64,000 nucleotides of DNA. It comes from an uncultured Phycisphaerales bacterium (lineage in GTDB: Bacteria; Planctomycetota; Phycisphaerae; Sedimentisphaerales; Anaerobacaceae). The stretch's first letter is position 1; each line of letters opens with the position of its first letter. Of this stretch, positions 60,442-64,000 are shown in pieces. The stretch lies in the NCBI GenBank assembly GCA_963772725.1, contig CAVYYI010000001.1, forward strand, positions 288,001 through 352,000, written 5' to 3'. The position numbers were made by a program, and so were the translations under genes. The notes below the pieces were generated by a model, which did no database searches, had not been told where the DNA came from, and saw only the letters and a list, made by a program, of their open reading frames with translations.

Positions 60442-60780
60442 TTGAAAATGAAATTACCGGAAGAAGGAATGCTGCTGAGGATTTTTATAGGCGAAAGCGA
60501 CAAATATCAGCATAAACCTCTTTACGAACAGATTGTTTTAAAGGCAAGGGAGCTAAATCTTGCCGGAGCAACGGTCTTTCGCGGCATAATGGGCTTTGGT
60601 GCAGATAGTCGCATGCACACCGCAAAACTGCTGCGTCTTTCGGAGGATATGCCAGTTTTAATTGAACTTGTTGACACAGAAGAAAAACTGAACCAGCTTT
60701 TGCCTTTTCTTGATGAGGTTGTTCTCGAAGGTTTGATAACACTGGAAAAAGTTAAAATTGTTAAATACCGGCATAGCTGA
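60442..60780 (+). CDS. DUF190 (PII-like) protein
   Basis: LRIFIGESD, LAGATVFRGIMGFG and LSEDMP; commonly paired with crcB. Confidence 0.9.
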   Translation: MKMKLPEEGMLLRIFIGESDKYQHKPLYEQIVLKARELNLAGATVFRGIMGFGADSRMHTAKLLRLSEDMPVLIELVDTEEKLNQLLPFLDEVVLEGLITLEKVKIVKYRHS

Positions 60781-60815
60781 AAACCCTGTGTTGGCTTATT
60801 AAGGTTTACATCATT

Positions 60816-61559
60816 ATGAATATTGTCCTTACAGGTACATTAGCGAGTTTGATAGCAGGTTCGGCAACAATACTCGGAGCGGCTCTTGTTTTCCTTGTGA
60901 AAAAAGTGTCGGATAAATTTCTCGATGCGGCTATGGGGTTTGCAGGCGGTGTTATGCTCGCAGCGACGTTTTTCGGCCTTATCTCTCCTGCCATCAAAAT
61001 CGGTGGGGTATGGCGGGCATCTGTAGGAATGATTGTCGGAACAATCTTTCTGATTATTATGGAAAAAACGCTGCCGCATATTCACCGAATGACGGGAATA
61101 AGAGGACCGACGGTGCAGCTTAAAAAAATCTGGCTGCTTATTCTTGCAATAACTATTCACAATTTCCCGGAAGGCCTGGCCGTTGGCGTCGGTTTTTCAC
61201 ACGGCGATACAAGGGCCGGCATAGTCCTGGCAACTGGAATCGGTATTCAGAACATAGTCGAAGGGCTGGTGGTTGCTCTGCCCCTGATTAGATTGGAACA
61301 GAGTATTTTGAGGGCATTTATCGTGGCATCTTTTACTGCTGTTGTCGAACCAATCGGGGGTTTTCTCGGTATATCCATTGTTTCCGCAGCACAGTTTCTT
61401 ACACCTTACGGCCTGGCTTTTGCCGCCGGGGCTATGCTTTTCGTAACAAGCGAGGAAGTTATCCCTGAAAGTCATTCTCGCGGCAATGTACGCATAGCTA
61501 CAATCGGTGTAATTTTCGGCTTTATTGTTATGATGGTTCTCGAAAGCGTGTTTGTCTGA
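60816..61559 (+). CDS. ZIP family metal transporter (GufA/ZupT-like)
   Basis: HNFPEGLAVG, IQNIVEG, FAAGAM and EVIPESH. Confidence 0.9.
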   Translation: MNIVLTGTLASLIAGSATILGAALVFLVKKVSDKFLDAAMGFAGGVMLAATFFGLISPAIKIGGVWRASVGMIVGTIFLIIMEKTLPHIHRMTGIRGPTVQLKKIWLLILAITIHNFPEGLAVGVGFSHGDTRAGIVLATGIGIQNIVEGLVVALPLIRLEQSILRAFIVASFTAVVEPIGGFLGISIVSAAQFLTPYGLAFAAGAMLFVTSEEVIPESHSRGNVRIATIGVIFGFIVMMVLESVFV

Positions 61560-61570
61560 TTCATAGAGAA

Positions 61571-63049
61571 ATGACAATTGTAATTGAAAATATTTTATTG
61601 TGGGTTGCAGTTTTGATTCTTGCCAGCGTATTGGCAAGCAAACTTTCCGACAGGTTTTCGGTTCCGGCCTTATTAATTTTTCTAATTATAGGCATGCTGG
61701 CCGGGTCTGAAGGAATCGGCGGAATATATTTCGATAACTACGCTGTCGCAAAATCAATAGGCATTATAACACTTATATTTATTGTTTATTCCGGCGGTTT
61801 GGGTGCTTCGTGGAAAGCGGTAAGGCCGGTGTTGTTTCCTGGGTTGGTTTTATCCACCGCGGGGGTTCTTTTGACAGCCATAGTTGTCGGTCTTTCCGCA
61901 GTACTACTTCTTAAATTTACATTAATTGAGGGCTTGCTGCTTGGCTCTATCGTATCCTCAACCGATGCTGCTGCGGTGTTTAGTATTCTCAGGTCGAAAA
62001 AAATATCTCTCAAGGGAAGTTTGAAGCCGCTGCTGGAACTCGAATCGGGAAGCAATGACCCTATGGCTGTTTTCCTGACAATCGGATTTCTTGGAATTTT
62101 GACCAGGTCTGAGTCTTCTGTTGTACATCTGCTGCCTTTATTCCTTTTAGATATGGGCATGGGTTTACTAATCGGTTATCTGATGGCCAGGGCAAGCATC
62201 GCGATTATTAACAATATCAAGCTTGAATATGAGGGATTATATTCTGTATTAACAATTGCCTTGATATTATTGACTTATGCCATCACCGTATTATTAAAAG
62301 GCAACGGATTTTTAGCGGTCTATCTGCTTGGTTTGATGATGAGCAAGAATGATTTTGTTAACAAGAGAACGCTTATAAGATTCCACGAAGGGGTCGCATG
62401 GTTAATGCAGATAGCGATGTTTTTAACACTCGGATTGCTCGTTTTCCCCTCTCAAATTGTACCGATTATCGGCAGCGGCTTACTCATATCAGCTATACTT
62501 ATTTTGGTTGCGCGCCCTATAAGCATATTTTTATGTTTGATTCCGTTTAAATTTAGATTTGCTGAAAAAATAATGATATCCTGGGTGGGCTTGCGGGGGG
62601 CGGTTCCGATTGTTTTAGCGACATTCCCTCTTCTGGCGGGAATATCGCAGTCGCAGACGATATTTAATGTGGTATTCTTCGTTGTGCTGGCATCTGTTCT
62701 TATTCAGGGGACATCTATTCCGGTTGCATCAAAATTACTTGGACTGTATTCGCCGATGGATACGAGAAAACGATATCCTATTGAACTTGAGCAGTTCGAA
62801 GGTATGGATGTTTCGCTTACTGATGTGCTTGTGCCGTACAATTCAGACGTTGTCGGGAAAACTATTGCCCAAATCAATGTTCCTGTAAATGCTCTGGTTG
62901 TTCTCATTTCGCGCGATGAAAAGTTCATAGTTCCTAACGGTTCAACCGTAATAGAAGAAGGAGATGTCTTACTTGTACTGGCTAATGATGAAGATATTAA
63001 ATCGCTCCAGGATGTATTGGATATGTTAAAAAATTCGGAAAATTCTTAA
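61571..63049 (+). CDS. Potassium/proton antiporter (CvrA/NhaP2-like) with TrkA-C domain
   Basis: SSTDAAAVF, ELESGSNDP, WVGLRGAVPI and PNGSTVIEEGD. Confidence 0.9.
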   Translation: MTIVIENILLWVAVLILASVLASKLSDRFSVPALLIFLIIGMLAGSEGIGGIYFDNYAVAKSIGIITLIFIVYSGGLGASWKAVRPVLFPGLVLSTAGVLLTAIVVGLSAVLLLKFTLIEGLLLGSIVSSTDAAAVFSILRSKKISLKGSLKPLLELESGSNDPMAVFLTIGFLGILTRSESSVVHLLPLFLLDMGMGLLIGYLMARASIAIINNIKLEYEGLYSVLTIALILLTYAITVLLKGNGFLAVYLLGLMMSKNDFVNKRTLIRFHEGVAWLMQIAMFLTLGLLVFPSQIVPIIGSGLLISAILILVARPISIFLCLIPFKFRFAEKIMISWVGLRGAVPIVLATFPLLAGISQSQTIFNVVFFVVLASVLIQGTSIPVASKLLGLYSPMDTRKRYPIELEQFEGMDVSLTDVLVPYNSDVVGKTIAQINVPVNALVVLISRDEKFIVPNGSTVIEEGDVLLVLANDEDIKSLQDVLDMLKNSENS

Positions 63050-63050
63050 T

Positions 63051-64000
63051 ATGTCAAAAAAAGTTTTTATTCGTAGTTTCGGCTGCCAGATGAACAAGCT
63101 TGATACGGCTTTGGTGATTTCGGCTCTCAAGGCAGGGGGCTTTGATTTCACCGACACCGATAAAGATGCTGACGTTGTCCTGATAAATACCTGTTCAGTT
63201 CGTCAGCATGCCGAAGAGCGTGTCCTTTCGCATATCGGGAACCTAAGCCATCTGAAGAAAAATAGGCCTGATGTTATTGTTGGTATAATTGGCTGCATGG
63301 CCCAGCGGCTGGGAAATGAGCTGCTGAAAAATCAGGCTGTTGACCTTGTTTGCGGGCCAGCACAAATACCGCGGATTACTGAAATCGTTAATCAGGCTCT
63401 TGCTAAAAATGGGAAGGTTTCTGCTGTAACTGATAAAATTCGTCAAATTATCCCTCCGCAGCAGTCGCAGGCATTGGAAGATTTTGAGAGTCTGTATGAT
63501 ACAGAGGACGATGCTATTCCCGCACATGCCTATGTTCGCGTTATGCACGGCTGCAATAAGTTCTGCACTTACTGCGTCGTGCCTTACGTTCGCGGGCCGG
63601 AAATTTCGCGTTCGCCGCAGACTATTATTGAGCAGATAAAAAGACTGGCTGGCCAAGGTATCAAGGTAATTACACTTCTTGGTCAAACGGTTAATTCATA
63701 CAAATATACTTCCGGCGATAAGACGTATTGTCTTGCCGATATACTCGAAATGTCAAACGCTATTGAAGGTATCGAATGGATAAAATTTGTTACCAGTTAC
63801 CCCGAAGAGGAATTTTTTGATGAGATTTGCCACGCGATGGCGAACCTTCCTAAGGTCTGCAAGTATCTGCATATCCCCGCGCAGAGCGGCTCCGACAAAA
63901 TCCTAAAAGCGATGAACCGCCATTATACAACCTCCCGGTATCTGGGACTGCTCGAAAGGGCAAGAGCCATTGTGCCGGGCATTGCTGTCGCAGGTGACTT
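63051..64000 (+). CDS. miaB: tRNA-2-methylthio-N6-dimethylallyladenosine synthase MiaB (3'-truncated by the window edge)
   Basis: Translated by hand from ATG 63051: SFGCQMNKLD, INTCSVRQHAE, GCMAQR, GCNKFCTYCVVPYVRG (radical SAM), LLGQTVNSY and LHIPAQSGSDKILKAMNR. Confidence 0.93.
   Translation, partial: MSKKVFIRSFGCQMNKLDTALVISALKAGGFDFTDTDKDADVVLINTCSVRQHAEERVLSHIGNLSHLKKNRPDVIVGIIGCMAQRLGNELLKNQAVDLVCGPAQIPRITEIVNQALAKNGKVSAVTDKIRQIIPPQQSQALEDFESLYDTEDDAIPAHAYVRVMHGCNKFCTYCVVPYVRGPEISRSPQTIIEQIKRLAGQGIKVITLLGQTVNSYKYTSGDKTYCLADILEMSNAIEGIEWIKFVTSYPEEEFFDEICHAMANLPKVCKYLHIPAQSGSDKILKAMNRHYTTSRYLGLLERARAIVPGIAVAGD

Overview
Bacterial chromosomal window. The coaE-rho adjacency, a Cys-type sulfatase and a large secreted CAZyme cluster without SusC/D or TonB genes suggest a Planctomycetota/PVC genome; this is an inference. 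Positions 1-42.4 kb are a glycan-utilisation locus. It holds seven GH95-family paralogs (one frameshifted, one with an in-frame TGA), four paralogs of an unrecognised 850-980 aa family with (alpha/alpha)-barrel-like helical repeats, a Sip1-type GH36, a GH31, a sulfatase, a CBM-like/alpha-beta-hydrolase, a GC-rich FGE-domain/BNR protein, a degenerate lysozyme-fold protein, a sodium:solute symporter and an FAD oxidoreductase. Positions 42.6-48.8 kb are housekeeping genes (marC, coaE, rho, DUF6941-like, MFS, uppP) with many single-base indels that look like assembly errors. Positions 48.8-52.0 kb are an AT-rich island bounded by a 16-bp direct repeat. It contains a probable Y1/REP-associated transposase remnant, an orphan toxin tip with a candidate immunity gene, an RHS core with a His/Cys protease-like tip and a candidate immunity gene, a recurring hairpin junction motif that supplies both immunity stop codons, and a non-coding array of about 15 palindromic 21-bp units. 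Positions 52-64 kb encode an SSS transporter, a YbhGFSR-like ABC exporter, TerC, CrcB/FluC, DUF190, a ZIP transporter, a K+/H+ antiporter and the start of miaB. The best leads are the unknown four-paralog enzyme family, GH95 paralogs with an altered catalytic base pair, and the repeat-delimited toxin-cassette island.
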